Below, one piece after another: positions 10,223-18,533 of a stretch of 31,052 bases of DNA; the stretch's first letter is position 1; the number at the start of each line of letters is the position of its first letter. This stretch comes from Bacteroidales bacterium. Lineage in GTDB: Bacteria > Bacteroidota > Bacteroidia > Bacteroidales > UBA12077. Under the pieces are notes generated by a model that saw only the letters and a program-made list of their open reading frames with translations, had not been told where the DNA came from and did not search any database. Where the stretch lies: the NCBI GenBank assembly GCA_028282585.1, contig JANQHR010000079.1:1-31052 (forward strand). Reading direction: 5' to 3'. Position numbers and translations under genes: made by a program.

Positions 10223-10267
10223 TCATAGACAAAAGTATTTTATACATTGGTTAAGTTTTTTAAACCT

Positions 10268-10320
10268 ATGTTAAATAATGTTAAATAATTCATTTAGAAC
10301 TGTTCAAGCATATATATTTG
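10268..10320 (+). promoter_or_regulatory. rprX promoter: tandem 10-bp direct repeat plus -7 box
   Basis: ATGTTAAATA x2 (10268-10287) and TATATTTG at 10313-10320, 7 nt before the ATG. Confidence 0.55.
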
Positions 10321-10327
10321 TACTGCT

Positions 10328-11914
10328 ATGCAAAAAAGACTACTTTGGATTATTACAATAATTTTATCGGTTACTCTAATATGTTTAATATTTGTTCAGG
10401 TTTACTGGATAAAAAATGCTGTTAAAATTAAAGAGGAGCAGTTTTACCAATTGGTAAATAATGGGATGGATAATATTGTAAAAGAAATTGAGAATCGTGA
10501 GATGATTTCTCAGGTTGTAAATGAAATGGAACCATTCCAGGATGTCTCGCCGTACGGAAGTCCGTCAATAAATTACAGATCAAACCAAATGTCTCAAAGT
10601 ACTTATGGATTATCTTCAACAAGTCAGGAAAAAGAAGTTTTTGTTCTTCAGAATACAGATTCATTAAGTGTAAGCTCACAACTCAAACTTTTGGGCAAAA
10701 ATGTAATACAGATCAATAATCAACCAGCTTTAGGAATAGATAATATACAAAAACAAGAATCATTTGGAAATTTAAGACTAAATATAAATTTTAATGAGAA
10801 ACTAAATAATCGAACAGTATTTGTTGAAAATGTAGTAAATAAACTAATTCAGATTGATGTCGATATTGAGGATAGAATTAATAAAGAAACTGTTGAGCAA
10901 ATAATTAGGAATTCATTTCATGAATTGGGAATTGATATTGGATATGAGTATGTAGTAACTAAGAATAAATACAAGGCAGTCTACAGTTCAGATAATTATG
11001 ATGCAAGAGCAAAGGCCAAGAAATTTTCAACGAAACTATACCCAAATGATGTACAGGATAAAAGCAATTATTTATTCTTGTACTTTCCAAGTGAAAAGAA
11101 TTTTATTTTTCAATCAACAAGTTTCATGACATTTTCTTCAACAATACTTACGATAATTATTATACTTGGATTTTCGCTTTCAATTCATATAATGTTCAAA
11201 CAAAAAAGGTTATCACAAATTAAAAATGATTTTGTGAATAACATGACTCATGAGTTAAAAACCCCGATTTCCACTATATCTCTGGCTTCGCAAATGCTAA
11301 AAGATGATTCAATACCTGTGGAGGTTAAAAACCTGGGTTATATTTCAAATATTATTGATGATGAAAGTAAGCGTTTAAGTTACCAGGTTGAAAAGGTACT
11401 TAAAACAGCTCTTTTTGAACAAGGGCAGATTAAACTTAAACGTAGAGAAATTAACATTCATAAACTAATTGAAAACGTAATTAAGAATTTTGATATACAA
11501 GTAAAATCAAGAAATGGAGATGTAATTAAAAAGCTGATAGCTGAAAATCCGGTTTTAAATGTTGATGAAGTTCATTTTACAAATATTATCTTTAACTTGC
11601 TTGACAATGCGGTAAAATATAGTGACGAAGAGCCCAATATAACCGTATCAACAAAACAAAATGGTAAAGGCATATTAGTTTCAGTTGCTGATCAGGGAAT
11701 CGGGATAAGAAAGCAGGATCAGAAAAGAATTTTTGATCAGTTTTATCGAGTTTCAACAGGTAATTTGCATGATGTTAAAGGTTTTGGTTTGGGTTTAAGT
11801 TATGTTAAGAAGATTGTTGATGCTCACCATGGAGAGATTAGACTAAAATCTGAATATAGAAAAGGAACAACTTTCGAGATATTTATTCCAAATAATCATA
11901 TAAACAATGGATGA
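10328..11914 (+). CDS. rprX: Sensor histidine kinase, RprX-like
   Basis: Two TM helices around a periplasmic domain; NNMTHELKTP H-box; NLLDNAVKY, DQGIGI, GFGLGL; overlaps an RprY-like regulator. Confidence 0.85.
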   Translation: MQKRLLWIITIILSVTLICLIFVQVYWIKNAVKIKEEQFYQLVNNGMDNIVKEIENREMISQVVNEMEPFQDVSPYGSPSINYRSNQMSQSTYGLSSTSQEKEVFVLQNTDSLSVSSQLKLLGKNVIQINNQPALGIDNIQKQESFGNLRLNINFNEKLNNRTVFVENVVNKLIQIDVDIEDRINKETVEQIIRNSFHELGIDIGYEYVVTKNKYKAVYSSDNYDARAKAKKFSTKLYPNDVQDKSNYLFLYFPSEKNFIFQSTSFMTFSSTILTIIIILGFSLSIHIMFKQKRLSQIKNDFVNNMTHELKTPISTISLASQMLKDDSIPVEVKNLGYISNIIDDESKRLSYQVEKVLKTALFEQGQIKLKRREINIHKLIENVIKNFDIQVKSRNGDVIKKLIAENPVLNVDEVHFTNIIFNLLDNAVKYSDEEPNITVSTKQNGKGILVSVADQGIGIRKQDQKRIFDQFYRVSTGNLHDVKGFGLGLSYVKKIVDAHHGEIRLKSEYRKGTTFEIFIPNNHINNG

Positions 11915-12599
11915 AAATAAAGTAAAAATAATGTTGGCCGAAGATGATGAAAATCTGGGCACTTTATTACGCGAATACTTATTAGCCAAAGGCCTAAATA
12001 CAGATTTATTTGTAAATGGAGAACTCGCGTTGGATGGATTTAAAAATAGCAAATATGATCTTTGTATTTTAGATGTTATGATGCCTAAAATGGATGGATT
12101 TACGTTAGCAAGGGAGATTAGAAAAATCAATTCGAAGGTGCCATTTATATTTTTAACTGCAAAATCGCTTAAAGATGATGTTATAGAAGGATTTACCGTT
12201 GGTGCAGATGATTACATTACAAAGCCGTTTAGTATGGAAGAATTGCTGTTTAGAATTAAAGCAATTTTAAGGAGAACCGGCTCAAACCATGTTTCTGAAG
12301 CAAATGAAAAATTTGCAATAGGTGATTATACATTTGACTCTCAGAAACAAATACTTAAAATTGGAGAAAAGGAGCAAAAATTAACTACAAAAGAATCTGA
12401 TTTATTAAAACTTCTGTGTAATAATATGAATACCGTTTTGGAGCGGAATTTTGCTTTAAAAACCATTTGGCAGGAAGATAGTTACTTCAATGCCCGAAGC
12501 ATGGATGTTTATATAACTAAACTAAGAAAATATTTAAAAGAAGACTCTTCTATCCAGATCTTAAATATTCACGGAAAAGGTTATAAACTGATTGTATAA
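11907..12599 (+). CDS. rprY: OmpR-family response regulator, RprY-like
   Basis: AEDDENLG..L.EYL, LDVMMP, FLTAK, GADDYITKPF, winged helix YFNARSMDVYITKLRK. Confidence 0.9.
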   Translation: MDENKVKIMLAEDDENLGTLLREYLLAKGLNTDLFVNGELALDGFKNSKYDLCILDVMMPKMDGFTLAREIRKINSKVPFIFLTAKSLKDDVIEGFTVGADDYITKPFSMEELLFRIKAILRRTGSNHVSEANEKFAIGDYTFDSQKQILKIGEKEQKLTTKESDLLKLLCNNMNTVLERNFALKTIWQEDSYFNARSMDVYITKLRKYLKEDSSIQILNIHGKGYKLIV

Positions 12600-12600
12600 A

Positions 12601-13140
12601 ATGATCGATCAGCAGAAGAAAGAAATACGCAGAGAAATAAGAGAAAAAAAGAAGCAATATTCTTTATCTGAAAAGAAAGCAAATTCTAAAATTATATTTG
12701 AAAAAATTGAATTTTTAGAAGAATTCAAAAGAGCCAAAACAGTTCTGGTATATTGGTCAATGCCTGACGAAGTTTTTACCCATGAGTTTGTTTTAAGATG
12801 GTACAAAAAAAAGAAAGTACTTTTACCTGTAGTCAAAGGCGATGAATTAGAATTAAAGATTTTTAGCGGTCCGGAAAATATGATAAAAGGAGAGCAATAT
12901 GGAATTGAAGAGCCCATTGGAGAATCGTTTTATCAATTTAATGAGATAGATTTAATTATTATTCCCGGAGTTGCTTTTGATAAAGAAAACAATCGACTTG
13001 GAAGAGGGAAGGCTTATTACGATAAACTTTTAAAAGCGTCTAAAGCAATTAAAGCTGGAGTCTGTTTCGATTTTCAGTTTTTAGAAGTGGTGCCAACAGA
13101 TAAACATGACATTAAGATGGACACAGTAATTTATAATTAA
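12601..13140 (+). CDS. 5-formyltetrahydrofolate cyclo-ligase
   Basis: K.EIRR, DEV.T, IIPGVAFD....RLGRGKAYYD, VP.DKHD; ATG at 12601 preferred over 12592. Confidence 0.92.
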   Translation: MIDQQKKEIRREIREKKKQYSLSEKKANSKIIFEKIEFLEEFKRAKTVLVYWSMPDEVFTHEFVLRWYKKKKVLLPVVKGDELELKIFSGPENMIKGEQYGIEEPIGESFYQFNEIDLIIIPGVAFDKENNRLGRGKAYYDKLLKASKAIKAGVCFDFQFLEVVPTDKHDIKMDTVIYN

Positions 13141-13143
13141 TCC

Positions 13144-13671
13144 GTGGAAAAAACTACTCATTCAAAATACCTTTTTAAAAATAAGTCATTACCTAAAGAT
13201 TATTTTCCTCCTATTATTGTTGGATATAAAATTAAAACACCTGAAAATATTGGTAATATTATACGCGTAGCCGATAATATTGGATGTAAGGAAGTTTTTT
13301 TTATAAAGGATAAAGAGGAAATCAGAGAATCAAAGATAAAAAAGACAGCTTCCTCTAGTTACCATTCAATTAAATGGGGGTTTTATAATTTCCTGGAATT
13401 AGAGGAATTAGTTCCAAATGACTATTCATGGATTGCTGTTGAAACCTCAAGCGACTCTGAAAGTATATACCATTTAAAATTACCTGCAAAATGCGCTTTT
13501 TTTGTTGGGAATGAAATACATGGAATAGATTTAAATATTCTTAATAAATGTGATAAAACTGTTCATATACCATTAAATGGAAATAATACCTCAATGAACG
13601 TATCTCACGCCTTAGTAGTTGCTGTATTCGAATGGCAAAGGCAAATTATACATTGCAAATTCCAAAATTAA
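13144..13671 (+). CDS. TrmH/SpoU family RNA methyltransferase
   Basis: PENIGNIIRVAD, VGNEIHGI, IPLNG...SMNVS; GTG start. Confidence 0.88.
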   Translation: MEKTTHSKYLFKNKSLPKDYFPPIIVGYKIKTPENIGNIIRVADNIGCKEVFFIKDKEEIRESKIKKTASSSYHSIKWGFYNFLELEELVPNDYSWIAVETSSDSESIYHLKLPAKCAFFVGNEIHGIDLNILNKCDKTVHIPLNGNNTSMNVSHALVVAVFEWQRQIIHCKFQN

Positions 13672-13756
13672 CGTTTCACGTGACCATACCTCTTGTTGAT
13701 TTTCAGTAATATAGAGTGAAATTTTATTAACAAATTATTGCATGAATTGATTTTTA

Positions 13757-13846
13757 TATTAACTTTAATGTACAGTATAGTAATAATACATTTTGTATAG
13801 TAGAACTTTGCAGCTTATAGAACGTATATCCTAGTATTAACTTTAA
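13757..13846 (+). promoter_or_regulatory. Phased direct repeats upstream of the small peptide ORF
   Basis: TATAG at 13776, 13796 and 13816 (exact 20-bp period; GTATAGTA in the first two), bracketed by TATTAACTTTAA at 13757 and 13835. Confidence 0.35.
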
Positions 13847-13857
13847 AAATTAATGAC

Positions 13858-13968
13858 ATGAAACAAGAAAAAATCAACTCATGCGGTGTTGCCTTAAACA
13901 AAATGTCTGGTGGGGATGAAGGTGGTAATGGGACAGGTAGTGGCAGTGGAGAACAAGAACCAGGTTAG
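13858..13968 (+). CDS. 36-aa Gly-rich peptide with a double-glycine-like leader (MKQEKINSCGVALNKMSGG-DEGGNGTGSGSGEQEPG)
   Basis: ATG 13858 to TAG 13966-13968; A-rich start context TTAACTTTAAAAATTAATGAC; G-rich coding island in AT-rich DNA; followed by a hairpin and the TPR kinase gene. Confidence 0.6.
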   Translation: MKQEKINSCGVALNKMSGGDEGGNGTGSGSGEQEPG

Positions 13969-13993
13969 ATTTAAATGTGAACAAATTAATGGT

Positions 13994-14026
13994 AAACCTA
14001 ACAACACTAAAAATGTTGTTAGGTTT
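13994..14026 (+). terminator. Hairpin between the peptide ORF and the kinase (leaky terminator or mRNA-stabilising stem)
   Basis: AAACCTAACAACA-ctaaaaa-TGTTGTTAGGTTT, perfect 13-bp stem with no further U tail. Confidence 0.55.
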
Positions 14027-14089
14027 GGTAAAACAAGTTATTTACTAAATATTTAATCTCTTTTAGGAAATACTGAAGGTACTAATAAA

Positions 14090-16186
14090 ATGAAGAAAAT
14101 TATAAAACTTTTTCTTTTTATAGTTGTAGGTTTGGTAATTGCTCAGACACAAGTTATTTATTCAACTCCTGATAATCTAGATAGCCTTAAAATGAAGGTT
14201 CGAAGTTTACAAGATGATACATTAAAAGTGTTGGAATTGGCAAAATTATCCAAAAGATATTCTAAAAATCAAGCTGACTCTTCTTTAACTTTAGGGCTGG
14301 AAGCCTTAGATTTATCGAGAAAGTTAGGTTATCAGTATGGAGAAGCTTATAGCTCATTCATATTAGGCATTTCATATAAATATCTTGGAGATTATAACAA
14401 ATCAATTGAATATGCAGAAAATGCGTATAATATATTTAATCATATAAAAAACGAACCATATAAAGCGAGAGTTTTAAATTCTTTAGGTAATTTGTATAAA
14501 AGAAAAGGAGACTTTGAAAAAGCCATTGTGAATTTTACAATTTCTATGGATATTTCTAAAAGAATTAAAGATTCTATCATGCTTTCTGCCTTATATAATA
14601 ATATTGCTGTATTATACTATGAATTAGGAAATAGACATGAGCAATCACTTGAATATCATAAGTTAAATTTGGAATTGCTTAAAAAGGTGGGTGATAAGGG
14701 AAATATTTTTAATTGCTACATGAACCTTGGGAATGTCTATAAAGATATGAATGATAATGAAAAAGCATTGGACTATTATCGACAATCATTAGATTATCTT
14801 GAAGAAAATAATTTATATGATAAACTCCTTTTAGTCCATAATTTAGGAACGGTATATGAGAAATTGAAAAAATATGAACTAGCTCTACGCTATTATAATG
14901 ACGCGATTGAACTGGAGAAAATTATGGGTAATAAAGGAATGCTTGTATATTCTCTTCAAGGCGTGGGAAATGTTTTATTATCACAAGGGAGTTTTGTAGA
15001 AGGGGAAAAGTATTTATTAAAAAGTTATACCCTAGCTAAGGAAATTGGTGACTTGACTAAACAAAAAAGGTTAGTTAATAATCTTAAAAAAGTATATGAA
15101 AAGCAGGGAAATTATAAAGAAAGTTTGAAATACCTGGAAATATATGATGACATAGAAGATAGTATTTATAATATTAATTATATTAAGCAAGTAACTTTAT
15201 TAGAGCAAAAATATGAAACGGAAAAGAAACTACAACAAATAGCTTTCCTTGAAAAAGAAAATGAGATACATAAATTAGAAATCAAAAATAAAGAAATTGA
15301 GAATAAACAAAAAAGTTTTCAAAGAAATGTATTGATAATTGCGGTTTTTGTTACCATATTATTGACTTTTTATTTTGCTTTAAATAGTAAGAAAAGGAAA
15401 AAAATAAATATGCTACTCATTAAACAGAATAAAAAGATAATTGACCAAAGAGAAGAGATCGGTAAGCAAAATGAAGAGCTTTTAGATTCGAATAAGACCA
15501 AAGATAAGTTGTTCCAGATTATTGCGCACGATTTAAGAAGCCCTTTAGTTTCAATGGACAGTATAACGCAGCTAATTCCGTACTGGATTGAAGAGCAAGA
15601 TTATGAATCTTTAAAAAAGCTATCGCAAACTTTAGAACTTTCTGTAAATAATGTACTTTCCCTGATAGATAATTTGCTGAATTGGGCACTTAATCAGCAG
15701 GGGAAATTTCCTTACCAACCGGAAAACCTTAAACTTAAAGAAAATATAATTGAGACCATTGAAGTTTATAAGCCCATAGCCGAAATAAAGAATATTGATT
15801 TGAAGTTTACTTTCACTAAAGATGTGCGCGTATTTGCCGACAAGGATATGTTATTTACGGTTATGCGAAATTTATTAAATAATGCTATAAAATTTACACC
15901 CGAGCATGGACAAATTACGGTTGGAATTGATAGCAATGTCCAATTTGCAAAGGTTTGGGTAAAAGACTCAGGAGTTGGAATCCCTAAGGGAAGAAAGGAA
16001 GAGGTTTTTGAATTGGCAAATGGAATTCATAAAGGAACTTCCGGAGAAACAGGTAAAGGATTGGGGTTATTTTTCTGCAAAGAATTTGTTACCATGAATA
16101 ATGGCGATATTTTTATCGAAAGCCAGGAAGGACGAGGAACTACTATAACATTTACACTTCCGTTATTTAATTTAGCAGAGAATTAA
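14090..16186 (+). CDS. Tetratricopeptide-repeat sensor histidine kinase (orphan)
   Basis: N-terminal signal; about 6-7 TPRs (NSLGNLY, NNIAVLY, MNLGNVY, HNLGTVY, QGVGNVL); coiled coil KYETEKK; TM VLIIAVFVTILLTFYFAL; IIAHDLRSP H-box; RNLLNNAIKF, DSGVGI, GKGLGL. Confidence 0.92.
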   Translation: MKKIIKLFLFIVVGLVIAQTQVIYSTPDNLDSLKMKVRSLQDDTLKVLELAKLSKRYSKNQADSSLTLGLEALDLSRKLGYQYGEAYSSFILGISYKYLGDYNKSIEYAENAYNIFNHIKNEPYKARVLNSLGNLYKRKGDFEKAIVNFTISMDISKRIKDSIMLSALYNNIAVLYYELGNRHEQSLEYHKLNLELLKKVGDKGNIFNCYMNLGNVYKDMNDNEKALDYYRQSLDYLEENNLYDKLLLVHNLGTVYEKLKKYELALRYYNDAIELEKIMGNKGMLVYSLQGVGNVLLSQGSFVEGEKYLLKSYTLAKEIGDLTKQKRLVNNLKKVYEKQGNYKESLKYLEIYDDIEDSIYNINYIKQVTLLEQKYETEKKLQQIAFLEKENEIHKLEIKNKEIENKQKSFQRNVLIIAVFVTILLTFYFALNSKKRKKINMLLIKQNKKIIDQREEIGKQNEELLDSNKTKDKLFQIIAHDLRSPLVSMDSITQLIPYWIEEQDYESLKKLSQTLELSVNNVLSLIDNLLNWALNQQGKFPYQPENLKLKENIIETIEVYKPIAEIKNIDLKFTFTKDVRVFADKDMLFTVMRNLLNNAIKFTPEHGQITVGIDSNVQFAKVWVKDSGVGIPKGRKEEVFELANGIHKGTSGETGKGLGLFFCKEFVTMNNGDIFIESQEGRGTTITFTLPLFNLAEN

Positions 16187-16250
16187 AATACTATTATCTG
16201 CAAATTCATATCTTTATATCTTATTTTAAATTTTATAAAACAGAAACATT

Positions 16251-16724
16251 ATGGCTAAACGTGATAATGCAATAAAAGATATTGTTGAATTACATAAACT
16301 TGAAGATATTATTAAAAAATGTAAGATCTGCAGAGTTGGTATGGTAGATGTTGATTCGCCTTATGTATTGGCGATGAATTTTGGCTATGAAGACCAAACG
16401 ATATGGTTGCACTGCGCCAAAGAAGGGAAAAAAATCGATATTTTAAAACGTAATAATAAGGTTTGTATCGAATTTGACACGGATCATAAACTTTTTTTTA
16501 GACATGAGCATGTAGCCTGTTCTTGGAGGTACGCATACAGAGGTGTGCTGGTTCATGGACGTGCTATGTTTGTTGATGATTATGATGAAAAGATAAAGGG
16601 TTTAAATATATTTATGAAGAATTATTCCGATCGAGATTTTGAGTATTCAAAACCTGCAGTAAACAATATTCAAATCATAAAAATACCTATTGAATCAATC
16701 ACAGGACGTTCATTTGAGTATTAA
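16251..16724 (+). CDS. Pyridoxamine 5'-phosphate oxidase / NimA-like flavin-binding family protein
   Basis: CRVGM....PYV..MNFGY, HCAKEGKK.D....N.KVC.EFD, CSW...Y.GV...G. Confidence 0.85.
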   Translation: MAKRDNAIKDIVELHKLEDIIKKCKICRVGMVDVDSPYVLAMNFGYEDQTIWLHCAKEGKKIDILKRNNKVCIEFDTDHKLFFRHEHVACSWRYAYRGVLVHGRAMFVDDYDEKIKGLNIFMKNYSDRDFEYSKPAVNNIQIIKIPIESITGRSFEY

Positions 16725-16733
16725 ACAAATTAT

Positions 16734-17210
16734 ATGAGAAGAATTATAAATCCTTATTTACAGACTAAAGGATACAAATGTTTTGGTTGTTCACCAGACA
16801 ATAAACTGGGACTACAAATGGAGTTTTTTGAGGATGGTGATTACGTTATTAGTAAATGGTTGCCGAAAGATCATTTAGCTGGTTACGGTAACATTTTACA
16901 TGGAGGTATTCAATCTACTTTAATGGATGAAATTGCCAGTTGGGTTGTTTACGTAAAGGCAAAAACAGCAGGAGTTACAGCAACTTTAAATGTAAAATAT
17001 AAAAGTACCGTTTACACGGATAGAGGTACGCTTTTGATTAGAGCCAGACTAACCGATCAAAATAAGAAATTAGCTACTATTTATGCAGAACTATTGGATA
17101 ATGAGGGAAGAGTCTGCTCCGAGGCAGAGGTAAAATACTTTTTATTTCCGGTGGAAATAGCAAAAAATAAATATAATTATCCCGGTGAGGATGCTTTTTT
17201 TGAGAATTAG
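16734..17210 (+). CDS. PaaI family hot-dog thioesterase
   Basis: CFGCSPDN..GL.M.F, LHGGIQSTLMDE. Confidence 0.88.
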   Translation: MRRIINPYLQTKGYKCFGCSPDNKLGLQMEFFEDGDYVISKWLPKDHLAGYGNILHGGIQSTLMDEIASWVVYVKAKTAGVTATLNVKYKSTVYTDRGTLLIRARLTDQNKKLATIYAELLDNEGRVCSEAEVKYFLFPVEIAKNKYNYPGEDAFFEN

Positions 17211-17295
17211 TCTTCGATTCGGCCTAGACTGGCTTGAAGAGAAAACTATTTATTAGTAAAAGTCTTCTGGAGGAATCAAAAAAAGTTCAGTTAAC

Positions 17296-18129
17296 TTAAT
17301 ATATATCAAGGTTTAAAGTTACAGCATCAGTAAAACCCGATTCCTGATTGCTTTTGCAAATTGGGAATTGTTTTTTTAGATCAGAAGGAGCATTGTTTAC
17401 GACATATTTTTTGGCTGTAAATTCTAACATGTCAATATCATTATAGTCGTTTCCAACACTAATTGTTTTATAAGGGCTGATATTTAATTCATTGCAAAGC
17501 CAATCAATTCCATGCCCTTTGGATACGGTTTCAGGAAAAATCTCCATCCAAATAGAATCTCCATCCAGTGGCGAAGTAGTTCTAATAATTTTTATATCAT
17601 TGAATTTTTGCTTTATCTCGTCAAAAAGATCAACATCATTTGGAAATACTGCCAGTATTTGGCAAGCGTTTTTATAATCTTCCGTTTTAAGATTTAATTC
17701 AACTGCAAAATCCTTATATACACTAATTCTTCTTTCAAAATCCGGATTCTTTGCACCCGTTTTATAATAAATAAATTTATGGTTTTCCGGAATCATTTCG
17801 TGAATCATAAAATCTATTTTATGGTTAATAAGAATTTCAGAAATTAGTTTTACCTCAAAATCAGGGATATAATACGAATGCATTAATTTTTTACTTTTCC
17901 AGTCGTAAATTCCTGCGCCAGAAGAAAAAATAAGGTAATCAATTGGAAAATTATGCTTTAATACTTTGTTCAGAGAAAAGAAATTTCGACCGGTAGCAAT
18001 TACTCGTACTATATTTTGTTCACCGAGCCAGAAAAGAGTCTTCATATCTTCAAAGCTTACTTCCCGATTATTATTTAACAAGGTTCCATCTAAATCGGTA
18101 ATTACCATTTTCCAGTTAAAGTCTGTCAT
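17296..18129 (-). CDS. Cof-type HAD-IIB hydrolase
   Basis: DLDGTLL, IATGR, SKG, GNDYNDIDML. Confidence 0.9.
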   Translation of the reverse strand: MTDFNWKMVITDLDGTLLNNNREVSFEDMKTLFWLGEQNIVRVIATGRNFFSLNKVLKHNFPIDYLIFSSGAGIYDWKSKKLMHSYYIPDFEVKLISEILINHKIDFMIHEMIPENHKFIYYKTGAKNPDFERRISVYKDFAVELNLKTEDYKNACQILAVFPNDVDLFDEIKQKFNDIKIIRTTSPLDGDSIWMEIFPETVSKGHGIDWLCNELNISPYKTISVGNDYNDIDMLEFTAKKYVVNNAPSDLKKQFPICKSNQESGFTDAVTLNLDIY

Positions 18130-18533
18130 CTTAAAAATCTATTACTTTGGTATTAAAGTATGTTTTTTATTATCACGATATATCATTTTGGAATTAAATT
18201 TCCATTTCTATTGCTGCGAAAAATTTCCTTCGGGCAAATCTACATGAATAAAAGTATTAAGTCCAATAACATTGTTTTTTTTATTTAAAATTCTTTACGG
18301 ATCGTTAACGGACCCCATCCCTTGTAATTTAATATTTTATTGAATAAGATGTAAGGTATTTTTTTTATTCAGATGAATTAAAAATTCTTAAGTTGGTCTA
18401 ATTTATAAAATATTAAATTTACAACCTTAATTTCTTGAACGAAGAAATAAAATTATAATAAACAGAAACAACTATTTGTTAATACGCTTGTTTTCTTAAT
18501 TAGATTAGTAACAGAAATAAAACTCATTATAAA

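Noticed and set aside
10129-10327. Possible 6S RNA, given the 5-formyl-THF cyclo-ligase gene downstream
   Set aside because: No ~180-nt rod-like self-complementarity is visible, and the ligase gene is separated from this region by rprXY
13672-13687. parS-like sequence CGTTTCACGTGACCAT right after the TrmH gene
   Set aside because: Only 11/16 identity to TGTTTCACGTGAAACA, with the right arm broken; single copy; no parAB or origin genes in the window
17966-18247. 93-aa plus-strand ORF overlapping the HAD gene start
   Set aside because: Mostly antisense to the HAD gene; non-ATG start; no recognisable features
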